A DNA stretch of 34,333 nucleotides, taken from contig JBBQYG010000025.1 in the NCBI GenBank assembly GCA_038208905.1, positions 1 through 34,333 on the forward strand. The letters run 5' to 3'. The position numbers and the translations under genes are program-made. Source of the DNA: Candidatus Sumerlaeia bacterium. GTDB lineage: Bacteria; Sumerlaeota; Sumerlaeia; SLMS01. The notes under the pieces were generated by a model. It saw only the letters and a list, made by a program, of their open reading frames with translations. It did not search any database and was not told where the DNA came from. Below, in pieces: positions 19,544 to 27,808 of the stretch; position 1 is the first letter of the stretch, and every line of letters starts with the position of its first letter.

Positions 19544-21870
19544 GCCATCTGATTCGCCTGATCCTGATGGGTGCGATGGCCGCGCTGCTTTCGACTGTTT
19601 CGACTGCCGCCGAAGTGCCGACGCCGGGCCGCGACACACCCGCGCTGCACCGGGCAAAGGGCGCCCTGAGCGGCGCCACCGTCTACCTGAGCCCCGGGCA
19701 CGGCTGGCTGTGGAACGGGACGAAGTGGACCACCCAGCGCGGCGTGACCCACGGCTTGATAGAGGATCACAGCAACGCCGAGGCGGCCCTCCAGTATCTT
19801 GTCCCCTATCTCCAGAACGCGGGCGCCCGCGTGGTGACAATGCGCGAGCGCGACATGAATACCAACATGGCGATTGTCGAGGCCGGCGGCCGGGGCTTCG
19901 AGAGCGATGGCCCGTGGGAATCGGAAATGATCGCGGGCGCGTGGCGGGGTCAGCAATGGAAGGTAAAGGCCAGCGAGCGCGGCACCCGCACGGCGCGCTT
20001 CACTCCCGATATTCCCGAGAGCGGATTCTACGCCGTCTATACATGGCACCGGACCTCCGCCGAGGATGCGACCACGACGGCGGCGCTGGTGACGGTCAGC
20101 CACGCGGGCGGTTCGGCGGAGTGGAAGCTCGACCAGAACCTCAACGGCCAGACGTGGAACTACGCGGGCACGCACTACTTCGAGAAGGGGAGTAACGCCG
20201 CCGCCGGATCGGTGACGTTCAGCAGCCGCGACACCACGACGGGAAGCTGGCTGACGGCGAGCGCCGTGCGCTTTGGCGGCGGCATGGGCGATGCCGTGCG
20301 TGGGGGCTCCACCAGCGGCAAGCCGCGGTGGGAGGAGTCGGGACTTTACCATGCGATCTTCAACGGCTACGCCGCCATCGGCGACACGCGCCGCTTCAAC
20401 AGCGTCAGCGCGATGCCGATGTGGGCGGAGTGGGAATCGGAGCCCGCGGAGAAGGGGAAGGCCATTTACTTCGCGTGGCACACCAACGCCCACAACGGCA
20501 CGGCGCGCGGGCTTTCCTCATTCTACTATGGGCCCAACGCATGGGGCCCAACGACGGAGTTCACCGGCTATCCCGGCGGGCTGGAACTAGGCACCGCAGC
20601 CCACAAGGAGGTGATGAAGGTCGTCCGCGCGCTCCATGCGCCGTCATGGCCGGACCTCGGCCAGATCTGCCGCTGGCTGGGCGAGACGAATCCCCGGAAC
20701 AACAACAAGATGCCGATGGCGCTGTTGGAGTATGGCTTTCACGACAACGCCGAGGACGCTGACCTGATCGTGTCGCCGGACTATCGCCAGGCATGCGCGA
20801 GGGCATCCTATCGGGGTATCGTGGAGTATTTCGCGAAGCACGTGGATGGTTTCGACAATGCGACGCTGCTGCCCGAGCCGCCGACGCATCTGGTGGCGGT
20901 CGGCAATGGCGCCTCCGCGGAGATCCGCTGGCAGGCGCCCGCCTCCACAGCGAGCGATCCGTTCCTTGGCGACGCGGCGACGTCCTATCGCGTCTATACG
21001 TCGCGGAATGGCTATGGCTTCGACGAAGGGCGCGACGCGGAGGGGACGGAGTTCACGCTTGCCGGCATTGCCGAGGACGGCCCGCTGTATATCCGCGTGA
21101 CGGCGCTCAACGCGGGCGGGGAGTCCTTTCCGACGGAGACACTCGCGATCCGCCCGGGAGCGAATGTGGATCTGCTGGTGGTCAACGGCTTCGACCGGCT
21201 CGACCGCGACATGAACGAGACCGAGGACGGCGGAGCGCGGCGCGGCATCCTGGCACGCATGAACACCCGCGACTACATTGTGCAGCACGCGGGCGCGCTG
21301 GGCGGGACGGCCTTCGACTCCGCCAGCGACGAGGCCGTGACGAGCGGCACCGTGGCGCTCTCCGACTATCGCGCGGTGGTGTGGATCCTTGGACAGGAAC
21401 GCGGCGCCACGGCCTTCGACGAGGCCCAGCAGTCGGCTATTCGAGGCTACCTGGCCGACGGCGGATCCTTGCTCGTTTCCGGCAGCGAGTACGCCACCGG
21501 CGCCGACGGCAAGTTCCTCTCGGAGGTGCTTGGCATCGCCAGCGCGACGAATGCCATCGGCAAGGATCGCGTGGCGGCGGTACCCGATACGCCGCTTTCC
21601 GCCGTTCCCGAAATCACGCTCGGCGGGGGGCAGAACATCTATCGCACCAATGCGCGCCAGTCGCTTGTTCCGTCCGATGGGGCGAGGGCTGTGCTTGTCT
21701 ATACAGGAGGAAGCGAGGTCGCCGCGGTGCTGCGACCGGGAAAAGGCCGAGTGATCGCGCTCGGGTTTCCCCTCGAACTCGTTGGAGACAATGCGGCGCG
21801 GCGCGAACTGGCGCGCCGGGCGATGGAGTTCCTTCTTCCCGCGACGGAGGCCGTGGCCGCGGCGCGGTAG
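19540..21870 (+). CDS. Secreted N-acetylmuramoyl-L-alanine amidase (Amidase_3-like) with inserted beta-sandwich, FN3 and C-terminal alpha/beta domain
   Basis: Signal peptide; zinc-amidase motifs LSPGHG, IED, WHTNA, LLEYGFHDN; golvesin-like insert (PDIPESGFYAVY...WNYAGTHYF...AVRFGGG); FN3 (IRW...YRVY...VTALNAGGES). Confidence 0.78.
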   Translation: MSHLIRLILMGAMAALLSTVSTAAEVPTPGRDTPALHRAKGALSGATVYLSPGHGWLWNGTKWTTQRGVTHGLIEDHSNAEAALQYLVPYLQNAGARVVTMRERDMNTNMAIVEAGGRGFESDGPWESEMIAGAWRGQQWKVKASERGTRTARFTPDIPESGFYAVYTWHRTSAEDATTTAALVTVSHAGGSAEWKLDQNLNGQTWNYAGTHYFEKGSNAAAGSVTFSSRDTTTGSWLTASAVRFGGGMGDAVRGGSTSGKPRWEESGLYHAIFNGYAAIGDTRRFNSVSAMPMWAEWESEPAEKGKAIYFAWHTNAHNGTARGLSSFYYGPNAWGPTTEFTGYPGGLELGTAAHKEVMKVVRALHAPSWPDLGQICRWLGETNPRNNNKMPMALLEYGFHDNAEDADLIVSPDYRQACARASYRGIVEYFAKHVDGFDNATLLPEPPTHLVAVGNGASAEIRWQAPASTASDPFLGDAATSYRVYTSRNGYGFDEGRDAEGTEFTLAGIAEDGPLYIRVTALNAGGESFPTETLAIRPGANVDLLVVNGFDRLDRDMNETEDGGARRGILARMNTRDYIVQHAGALGGTAFDSASDEAVTSGTVALSDYRAVVWILGQERGATAFDEAQQSAIRGYLADGGSLLVSGSEYATGADGKFLSEVLGIASATNAIGKDRVAAVPDTPLSAVPEITLGGGQNIYRTNARQSLVPSDGARAVLVYTGGSEVAAVLRPGKGRVIALGFPLELVGDNAARRELARRAMEFLLPATEAVAAAR

Positions 21871-21874
21871 GACA

Positions 21875-21966
21875 GTAGCATGGCGCGTCTCGCCCATGCG
21901 GGATCAGCCGAATGCAAGGCTGGCAACCGAGCGCTGGATGTGCATGGGCGAGACGCACCATGCTAC
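21875..21966. repeat. GTAG-type REP doublet (REPIN-like)
   Basis: GTAGCATGGCGCGTCTCGCCCATGC (21875-21899) and GCATGGGCGAGACGCACCATGCTAC (21942-21966): 25-bp inverted repeat with one mismatch, 42-bp spacer. Confidence 0.85.
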
Positions 21967-22150
21967 CGTGGACGTGCCCGCGGAAAACGGGACATCGCGG
22001 TAGGGCCCGCCTACTCGGCATAGTGGAGAAGGAGCGCGTTGCGGACGGCGCGCTGAACGTGTGGGGCGATGGCCGCGCCGGAGGCCTGATTCTTTTTGCC
22101 CACCGGCGCTCGCTGGCGCGCGATGGGGGTATCGTCCCAGGGAGTCAGCC

Positions 22151-22558
22151 ATGTCCCAGCATCCGACCGAAGAAGACGTACGCGAATTCCACGTTGCCTT
22201 CAACATTCCGATTCAGCGGCAGCGCCCCGCGCTCCCCATGGACGAGCGCCGCGCGATGCGACGCCGGATCTTGGGCGAAGAATTCGAGGAGTACCTGAAG
22301 GCGGAGCAGGAGGACGATCTGGTGGAGATCGCCGACGCGCTGGCGGATATCGTCTATGTGGCATTCGGCACCGCGCTGGAGTACGGCATTCCGCTGTCGC
22401 GCGTGCTGGAGGAAGTCCACCGCAGCAACATGTCCAAGCTCGGCCCCGACGGTCGCCCGATCCACCGCGCCGATGGCAAGGTGATCAAGGGGCCGAATTT
22501 CAGGGAGCCGGATGTTGCGGGGATACTGCGGCAGGGAAAGGCAGGGGACGGCAGCTAA
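22151..22558 (+). CDS. MazG-like nucleoside triphosphate pyrophosphohydrolase (DR2231/PRA-PH-like)
   Basis: VREFH, EEFEEY, EIADALADIVYV, EVHRSNMSKLG, DGKVIKGPNF; GGAG upstream. Confidence 0.88.
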   Translation: MSQHPTEEDVREFHVAFNIPIQRQRPALPMDERRAMRRRILGEEFEEYLKAEQEDDLVEIADALADIVYVAFGTALEYGIPLSRVLEEVHRSNMSKLGPDGRPIHRADGKVIKGPNFREPDVAGILRQGKAGDGS

Positions 22559-22649
22559 CGGCAGGGAGGAGCAGGGATAAAAAGGGAGAAGGCGGGGACG
22601 AAAAATTGTCGTTCCCGCCTTCCCCTCGTTTTTCCTGCCGTTCCCTGCC
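22531..22649. repeat. Inverted 10-bp tandem arrays (GCAGGGANNN) forming a hairpin between convergent genes
   Basis: GCAGGGAAAG GCAGGGGACG GCAGCTAACG GCAGGGAGGA GCAGGGATAA...GGCGGGGACGA loop TCGTTCCCGCC...TTTCCTGCCG TTCCCTGCC. Confidence 0.85.
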
Positions 22650-22654
22650 TCTAC

Positions 22655-23176
22655 CTACCAGCGGTAGTGGGCAAAGGCCTTGTTGGCTTCGGCCATGCGG
22701 TGGGTGTCTTCCTTCTTCTTCACCGCTCCGCCGGTGTTGTTGAAGGCGTCGAGCAACTCGTTGGCGAGGCGCTTGGCCTGGCCGCGCTCGTTGCGGTTGC
22801 GGGAGTTGAGGATCAGCCAGCGGATCGCGAGGGCCTGCTGGCGGACGGGCTTGACTTCGATGGGCACCTGGTAGTTGGCGCCACCGACGCGGCGGCTCTT
22901 GACCTCGAGGGCGGGCTTCACGTTCTCGACGGCCTGGAGGAAGACCTCAAGGGGGTCCTTGCCCTCGAGCTTCTCGGCGATCTGGTCCATGGCGGTGTAG
23001 AAGATCGTCTCGGCGACGGTCTTCTTGCCTTCCATCATCATGCAATTGACGAATTTCGACACGAGCGCGCTGTTGTAGCGCTGGTCGGGGAATACTCCGC
23101 GTCCCGGTGGGATACGGCGGCGGGACATTTTACGCTGGCTGCGCGTCCGTCCGTCCTTCTTCTTCCGCTTTGCCAT
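22655..23176 (-). CDS. rpsG: 30S ribosomal protein uS7, probably with a 16-aa basic N-terminal extension
   Basis: [54 protein letters not shown] before ATG 23176; the canonical MSRR start would be 23128. Confidence 0.97.
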   Translation of the reverse strand: MAKRKKKDGRTRSQRKMSRRRIPPGRGVFPDQRYNSALVSKFVNCMMMEGKKTVAETIFYTAMDQIAEKLEGKDPLEVFLQAVENVKPALEVKSRRVGGANYQVPIEVKPVRQQALAIRWLILNSRNRNERGQAKRLANELLDAFNNTGGAVKKKEDTHRMAEANKAFAHYRW

Positions 23177-23243
23177 TCTAATCGAAACCTTTCCTGTCTG
23201 AATGCTCCGCCGTCCGGGGTGGATGGCGGTGGGTGAAGTGGCC

Positions 23244-23621
23244 TTACTTGGGGCGCTTGGTGCCGTACTTGGAACGGCGCTGCTTGCGGTTGGCGACGCC
23301 CTGGGTGTCGCCCTTGCGGGCTCCGCGAACGATGTGGTAGCGGACGCCGGGGAGATCCTTCACACGGCCACCGCGGATGAGCACGATGGAGTGTTCCTGA
23401 AGATTGTGTCCCTCGCCGGGGATGTAGGCCGTGACCTCGAAGCCGTTGGAAAGGCGCACGCGGGCGATCTTTCGCAGGGCCGAGTTCGGCTTCTTGGGGG
23501 TCATCGTGGCCACGCGTGTGCAGACGCCGCGCTTTTGGGGGCAGCCCTGCAGTGCGGGGACCTTGTTCTTCTTGGCCGTCTTCTTACGGCCCTTGCGAAC
23601 CAACTGGTTAATCGTAGGCAT
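23244..23621 (-). CDS. rpsL: 30S ribosomal protein uS12
   Basis: [41 protein letters not shown] upstream. Confidence 0.98.
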   Translation of the reverse strand: MPTINQLVRKGRKKTAKKNKVPALQGCPQKRGVCTRVATMTPKKPNSALRKIARVRLSNGFEVTAYIPGEGHNLQEHSIVLIRGGRVKDLPGVRYHIVRGARKGDTQGVANRKQRRSKYGTKRPK

Positions 23622-24003
23622 TGAGCACTCCACCTGAATCTGGGAACGGGGGATACGTTGGCCGCGAAGCCAGTTCCCCCGCAAAGGCCCGAGACACCAC
23701 CCCATCGCCCGGGGACCGGTCAAGGAAAAAGACGGGAGTTAAAGCAGCGATGAGGTTTGGGGGACGAGGGGGTAAAGATTTGGCAGGCCCGGCATGGGCG
23801 ATCCGCAGTCGGCCAAGCGGCCAATCCGGGGCGCCCCCCCGCCGCTCCATCCCTCATTCCTGCCGTTCTGGGCCGTTCGCAAAAATCCGGTTGCGTTGCC
23901 CGGGGCCCCCGATCACTTTTCCCGCCCGTTGCGCGATGGGCAGGCTCGCCCGCCCAGCACGCGCCACGGTCAGCAACCCAACACAGGGATTCCGTCAGCA
24001 ATC

Positions 24004-24186
24004 ATGGCTAAGAAACAGAACCGCGTTCAGGTCATCCTCGAGTGCACCGAGCAGAAGGCATCGGGCGTCAAGGGCATGTCCCGCTATCATACGGTCAAGA
24101 ACAAGAAGAACACGACCGCCCGCATCGAGATCAAGAAGTACAACCCCTTCCTGAAGAAGCACACGGTCCACCGCGAGGTGAAGTAA
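24004..24186 (+). CDS. rpmG: 50S ribosomal protein bL33 (non-zinc-ribbon type)
   Basis: [16 protein letters not shown]...[35 protein letters not shown]; 60 aa, single Cys. Confidence 0.95.
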   Translation: MAKKQNRVQVILECTEQKASGVKGMSRYHTVKNKKNTTARIEIKKYNPFLKKHTVHREVK

Positions 24187-24230
24187 CCGCCGCGGGGCCC
24201 CCGGGTTCCCAGTCGGCAGCTCCCCCCTTT

Positions 24231-24273
24231 GCGAGACCCCGCGTCGGCACTCCGGCGCGGGGTCTCGCTTTTT
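24231..24273 (+). terminator. Intrinsic terminator of rpmG
   Basis: 17-bp stem GCGAGACCCCGCGTCGG / CCGGCGCGGGGTCTCGC (one G-U pair), 4-nt loop, then TTTTT. Confidence 0.85.
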
Positions 24274-24275
24274 AG

Positions 24276-24563
24276 TCTGATCGGCTGGTAAATCCGCTGC
24301 GATGGCCCGCGCCAACCCACCCGGGCCGGGATATGGGGAAGATTTTGCTTTTCTGGCGAGGGGACTTCCCACTGGCCGATGGGGTATTTCGCGGGGGGAT
24401 TGAACGCCGCAATCATCTGGTGGTCGATGGCACGCCGCCGAGCCTCGCCCCGCCTGATGTCATTATCGCATTGAAGAAGGGCGTATGTCGGAGAAGGATC
24501 GCTGGCGACATCGAAGGGCTTGAAAGGCTGCTCCGTGACCAAGCCGCTTCACTTGAGTCCTGA
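24276..24563 (+). pseudogene. Probable 5'-truncated nucleotidyltransferase-like remnant
   Basis: Open frame ends ERRNHLVVDGTPPSLAPPDVIIALKKGVCRRRIAGDIEGLERLL, resembling the LIxxKxxxGRxxDxxDIxxL C-terminus of AbiEii/DUF6036-like nucleotidyltransferases; no N-terminal catalytic region. Confidence 0.45.
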
Positions 24564-24738
24564 GGAGGTTCGCCGCCGCATCGGCAAGGTTTCGATGCTG
24601 ACGGAAACCACGCGGAAGCTGCGCCAGGCGGCCATCGAGTCCCACGCCAAGGGAACCTTTCCGTTCCGCCCGCGCCACGACATCCGCACGGACCGCGCGT
24701 GCTGGCTGCGCCTGCTGGCGGAGAAGAACAAGCCGTAG
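24535..24738 (+). CDS. Small hypothetical protein overlapping the nucleotidyltransferase-like remnant
   Basis: GTG 24535 after AAAGG; MTKPLHLSPEEVRRRIGKVSMLTE...; GC-rich third codon positions. Confidence 0.5.
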   Translation: MTKPLHLSPEEVRRRIGKVSMLTETTRKLRQAAIESHAKGTFPFRPRHDIRTDRACWLRLLAEKNKP

Positions 24739-24739
24739 C

Positions 24740-25825
24740 CTACCCTGCTGTTCCCTGCTGCTCGCTGCTTTTTCCTGTCTTTCCCTGCCGTTTCAGCTCT
24801 CCCAGCTTCCTCGCGTAATCCTGCATGTCCTCGTGGCGGTCGTGGTGGCCTACGATCTCGGTGCCGAGGAGTTCCTCCAGAACGTCCTCCAGCGTCACGA
24901 TTCCCTCCATGCCGCCGTGCTCGTTGGTGACGATGAAGAAGTGCTGTCGTCCGGCGAGGAAGCGCTCCAGCAGGACGTTGCCGGTGATCGTCTCGGGGAT
25001 GAAGTCCACGGGCTGCTTCAAGTCGCCGATCTTCATCGTGGCGAGTTCCTCGTCGCTGCGCGTCAGCAGCGCGTCGAACACGTCGCGTCTATACACGATG
25101 CCCACGATCTTGTCGGGGTTGTTGTTGGCGCAGAGGGGGAGGCGGCTGTGGATCCAGTGCTCGGAATGCGAGGTGACCATGGACATCGGGAGTTCCGCCG
25201 GGAGCAGGTAGACAACGGTGCGCGGCGTCATCAGCTCGTGGGCCGTGCGTTCCTTGAGGCGGAGCGCGTTGCGCACCAGGCGCGCCTCCTCCGGCAGGAG
25301 GGCTCCCTCCGCGGCGCTGATCGTCACCTGCGCGATCAGGTCGTCCTTGGAAACCGTGGCCTGCTCCGCGCCGGCCTCGCGGATGCGCGAGGTGACGTAC
25401 TGGCTCATGCGGACGAGCGGATAGAGGATCACGATCATGCCCTGGATCAGGAAGGCGCCCTTGGGCGCGACCACATCGGCATAGGTGACCCCCAGCGTCT
25501 TGGGCACGATTTCGGAGAAGACAAGGATGACCAGCGCGAATGCCGCGCCCATGGGAAGGATCCACGCATCTCCCAAATGGCTCCCCACCAAGCCACCCAG
25601 CACGGTTCCGCCGATGGTGTTGGCGATGGTGTTGAAGGTCAGAATTGCGGAAATCGGGATATCGATCTTATCCCGAAGGCGGCCAAGCAACTCCGCGCCC
25701 CTCACCTTCTGGGCGATCAGCGACTGCACCCGGCTGGGGGGCACGGAATAAAGCGCCGCCTCCATGAGGCTGCACAGGAAGCTGATCCCTGTGGAGAGTA
25801 GGATGACGGCGACGATGGCGATCAT
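24740..25825 (-). CDS. CNNM (DUF21)/CBS-domain membrane protein (hemolysin/CorB family)
   Basis: SFLCSLMEAALYS, ILTFNTIANT, FSEIVPKTLG, MTPRTVV, HSRLP, EHGGMEGIVTLEDVLEELLG. Confidence 0.9.
   Translation of the reverse strand: MIAIVAVILLSTGISFLCSLMEAALYSVPPSRVQSLIAQKVRGAELLGRLRDKIDIPISAILTFNTIANTIGGTVLGGLVGSHLGDAWILPMGAAFALVILVFSEIVPKTLGVTYADVVAPKGAFLIQGMIVILYPLVRMSQYVTSRIREAGAEQATVSKDDLIAQVTISAAEGALLPEEARLVRNALRLKERTAHELMTPRTVVYLLPAELPMSMVTSHSEHWIHSRLPLCANNNPDKIVGIVYRRDVFDALLTRSDEELATMKIGDLKQPVDFIPETITGNVLLERFLAGRQHFFIVTNEHGGMEGIVTLEDVLEELLGTEIVGHHDRHEDMQDYARKLGELKRQGKTGKSSEQQGTAG
24743..24792. repeat. Five 10-bp units (CCCTGCNNTT) forming the 3' end of the CNNM gene
   Basis: CCCTGCTGTT CCCTGCTGCT CGCTGCTTTT TCCTGTCTTT CCCTGCCGTT; same family as 10101-10180 and 22531-22649. 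Confidence 0.75.
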
Positions 25826-25830
25826 GTGCT

Positions 25831-25890
25831 GGGGAATGGGGAACGGGGAATCGGGAATCGAAGAGAAGGGATGAGGGATGAGGACGGAGG
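25831..25890. repeat. 7-bp tandem arrays just upstream of the CNNM start
   Basis: GGGGAAT GGGGAAC GGGGAAT CGGGAAT, then AAGGGAT GAGGGAT GAGGACG. Confidence 0.75.
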
Positions 25891-25976
25891 GGGGGGCGGG
25901 TTGCCATACGGGGCCGCGCGGGCGAGGACGCCGACGCTACCTTGCAATGCGTCATCGCCCTCGGGAATTGCGCTAC

Positions 25977-27524
25977 TCAAAAGAAGATCTTCCTGATGTC
26001 GTTGAACGTCACCAGTACGAAGAAGAAAAGGATGAAGACGACGGCGCCGTTGAGGAGCGGCACCAAGACGCGGGGTGGGACGGGGCGGCGGAAGATCGCC
26101 TCGTAGATCGCGAAGCAGATGTGCCCGCCGTCGAGCACCGGGAACGGCAGGATGTTCATCACGGCCAGCGCCACGTTGAGGACGATGACGAAATTCATCC
26201 AGTCGGTGAAGCCCATGTTGCTCATCTTGTAGGCAATCTGAGCGATGCCGGCGGGGCCGCTGAGTTCGCGGCTGACGACGGCGACGTTTCCGCGGACCGC
26301 GTGGCCGCCGAGCTGGGTGAGGCGCGAGACATAGTTGACCGTGTGATTGTAAACGCGCGCGGGCGCGGCCACCAGGGCGGTGAGGAATGGCTCCTGCTCA
26401 AGCTGCTTCTTGGGACTGCCGCGATGGATGCCCACTTGGCCGATGGAGGGGTCTTCCGCGTCGGCCCAGGGGGTGACGCCGAGCACCACGCGCTCCTCCT
26501 TGCGCAGCACGGCGAATTCCAGCTTCTTGTTGGGCGAGGCGCGGACGATGGTGGTGAACTCCGTCCAGTCCTCGATGGGCTCGCCGTCGATGGCCACGAT
26601 CGTGTCACCGCGCAGCAGGCCCCCCTTGGCGGCGGGGGAGTTGGGGATCACCATTTCGACGAAGGCGTGGCGGCGCGGAACCGCGGCGAAGAAATCGGAG
26701 GACTCCTTGTCGGGTTTTTCGTCACCGGAGCGCAGCGTCGCCGTCAGCGAATAGCGCTCGCCAGCGGGATCGCCGCCGCGCGCGAGCTCCAGATTAAGGG
26801 GCAACGGGCCGAATTCCTTCAACGGCTTGCCGCCCGTGGCCGCCTTCATCGCCTTGTAGATATCTTCCTCGGTCTGGACGGGAACGCCGTTCACCGAAAG
26901 CAGGCGGTCGCCGGTGGCCAGCTTCCCGGCGAAGACGCTATCGGGCGCGACCCACCCGACAATGGCCTCGTCGGGGGCGCTGGTCTTGAAGCCTATGGTG
27001 AACATCGCCGTCATGAACAGCGTGGCCAGCACCATGTTCATGAAGACACCGGCGCCATAGATGATCGTCTTCTGCCAGAAGGGCTTCCTATAGAGCGCCG
27101 CCATGTCCTGCATCGCGCCGGCCTTCAGGGACTTGTCCGCGGGCTGGGGGGCGCGCGGCGCGTCGTCGGGGACGACCTCGGGCTTGGAGTCGCCCTCCAG
27201 ATACCGTTCGATATCGGGATGAACCACGCCAGACATCTTGACGTATCCGCCCAAGGGTATAAGCGAGAGGCCGTAGGTGGTCTCTCCGATGCGGCGTTCC
27301 CAGATACAGCGGGGGAGGAAGCCCATCGCCTCCTTGTCCATGCCGATGACGAAGCGCTCCACGGGGACGCCAAACATTTTGGCGGCGAGGAAGTGGCCCA
27401 TTTCGTGGATGAACACGGCGAGGCCAAAAGCGGCCACGAACCCGATGGCGCCGATCAGGATCTCGAAGAGTTGGGCGCTGCCGATGGCGAGTATCGATAT
27501 GGAGGGAAGGGAAGCCGCGAGCAT
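25977..27524 (-). CDS. rseP: Intramembrane zinc metalloprotease RseP (site-2 protease, two PDZ domains)
   Basis: FIHEMGHF, LIPLGGYVKM, AGVFMN, two PDZ domains, LSGPAGIA, NILPFPVLDGGH; AAGGA before ATG 27524. Confidence 0.92.
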   Translation of the reverse strand: MLAASLPSISILAIGSAQLFEILIGAIGFVAAFGLAVFIHEMGHFLAAKMFGVPVERFVIGMDKEAMGFLPRCIWERRIGETTYGLSLIPLGGYVKMSGVVHPDIERYLEGDSKPEVVPDDAPRAPQPADKSLKAGAMQDMAALYRKPFWQKTIIYGAGVFMNMVLATLFMTAMFTIGFKTSAPDEAIVGWVAPDSVFAGKLATGDRLLSVNGVPVQTEEDIYKAMKAATGGKPLKEFGPLPLNLELARGGDPAGERYSLTATLRSGDEKPDKESSDFFAAVPRRHAFVEMVIPNSPAAKGGLLRGDTIVAIDGEPIEDWTEFTTIVRASPNKKLEFAVLRKEERVVLGVTPWADAEDPSIGQVGIHRGSPKKQLEQEPFLTALVAAPARVYNHTVNYVSRLTQLGGHAVRGNVAVVSRELSGPAGIAQIAYKMSNMGFTDWMNFVIVLNVALAVMNILPFPVLDGGHICFAIYEAIFRRPVPPRVLVPLLNGAVVFILFFFVLVTFNDIRKIFF

Positions 27525-27808
27525 GGAGTTCCTTGTGGGTGGGAGCCCGGGCGTAATTTCCACTGCCGGGGTCGAGACGCCATGTTGCCTGCCCCGCGCC
27601 CGGTCCGAGCAAGGCGAAAGTCCAAATCGCCAGCCCCGGTGGCTCCCGCAGGAAACACCTTTCCGTGTGACTTCCGGAAACCCCGGTTTTGGCCCGGCTA
27701 CCGGTTGGCGGCCAAGAATCGCCTTGGCGGGAGCGCCCGGACGCACCAGAATGAGCGTGTGTTAACGAAACCCGGCCCCCCCACGGTGCCCATCACGGGA
27801 AGATATCG

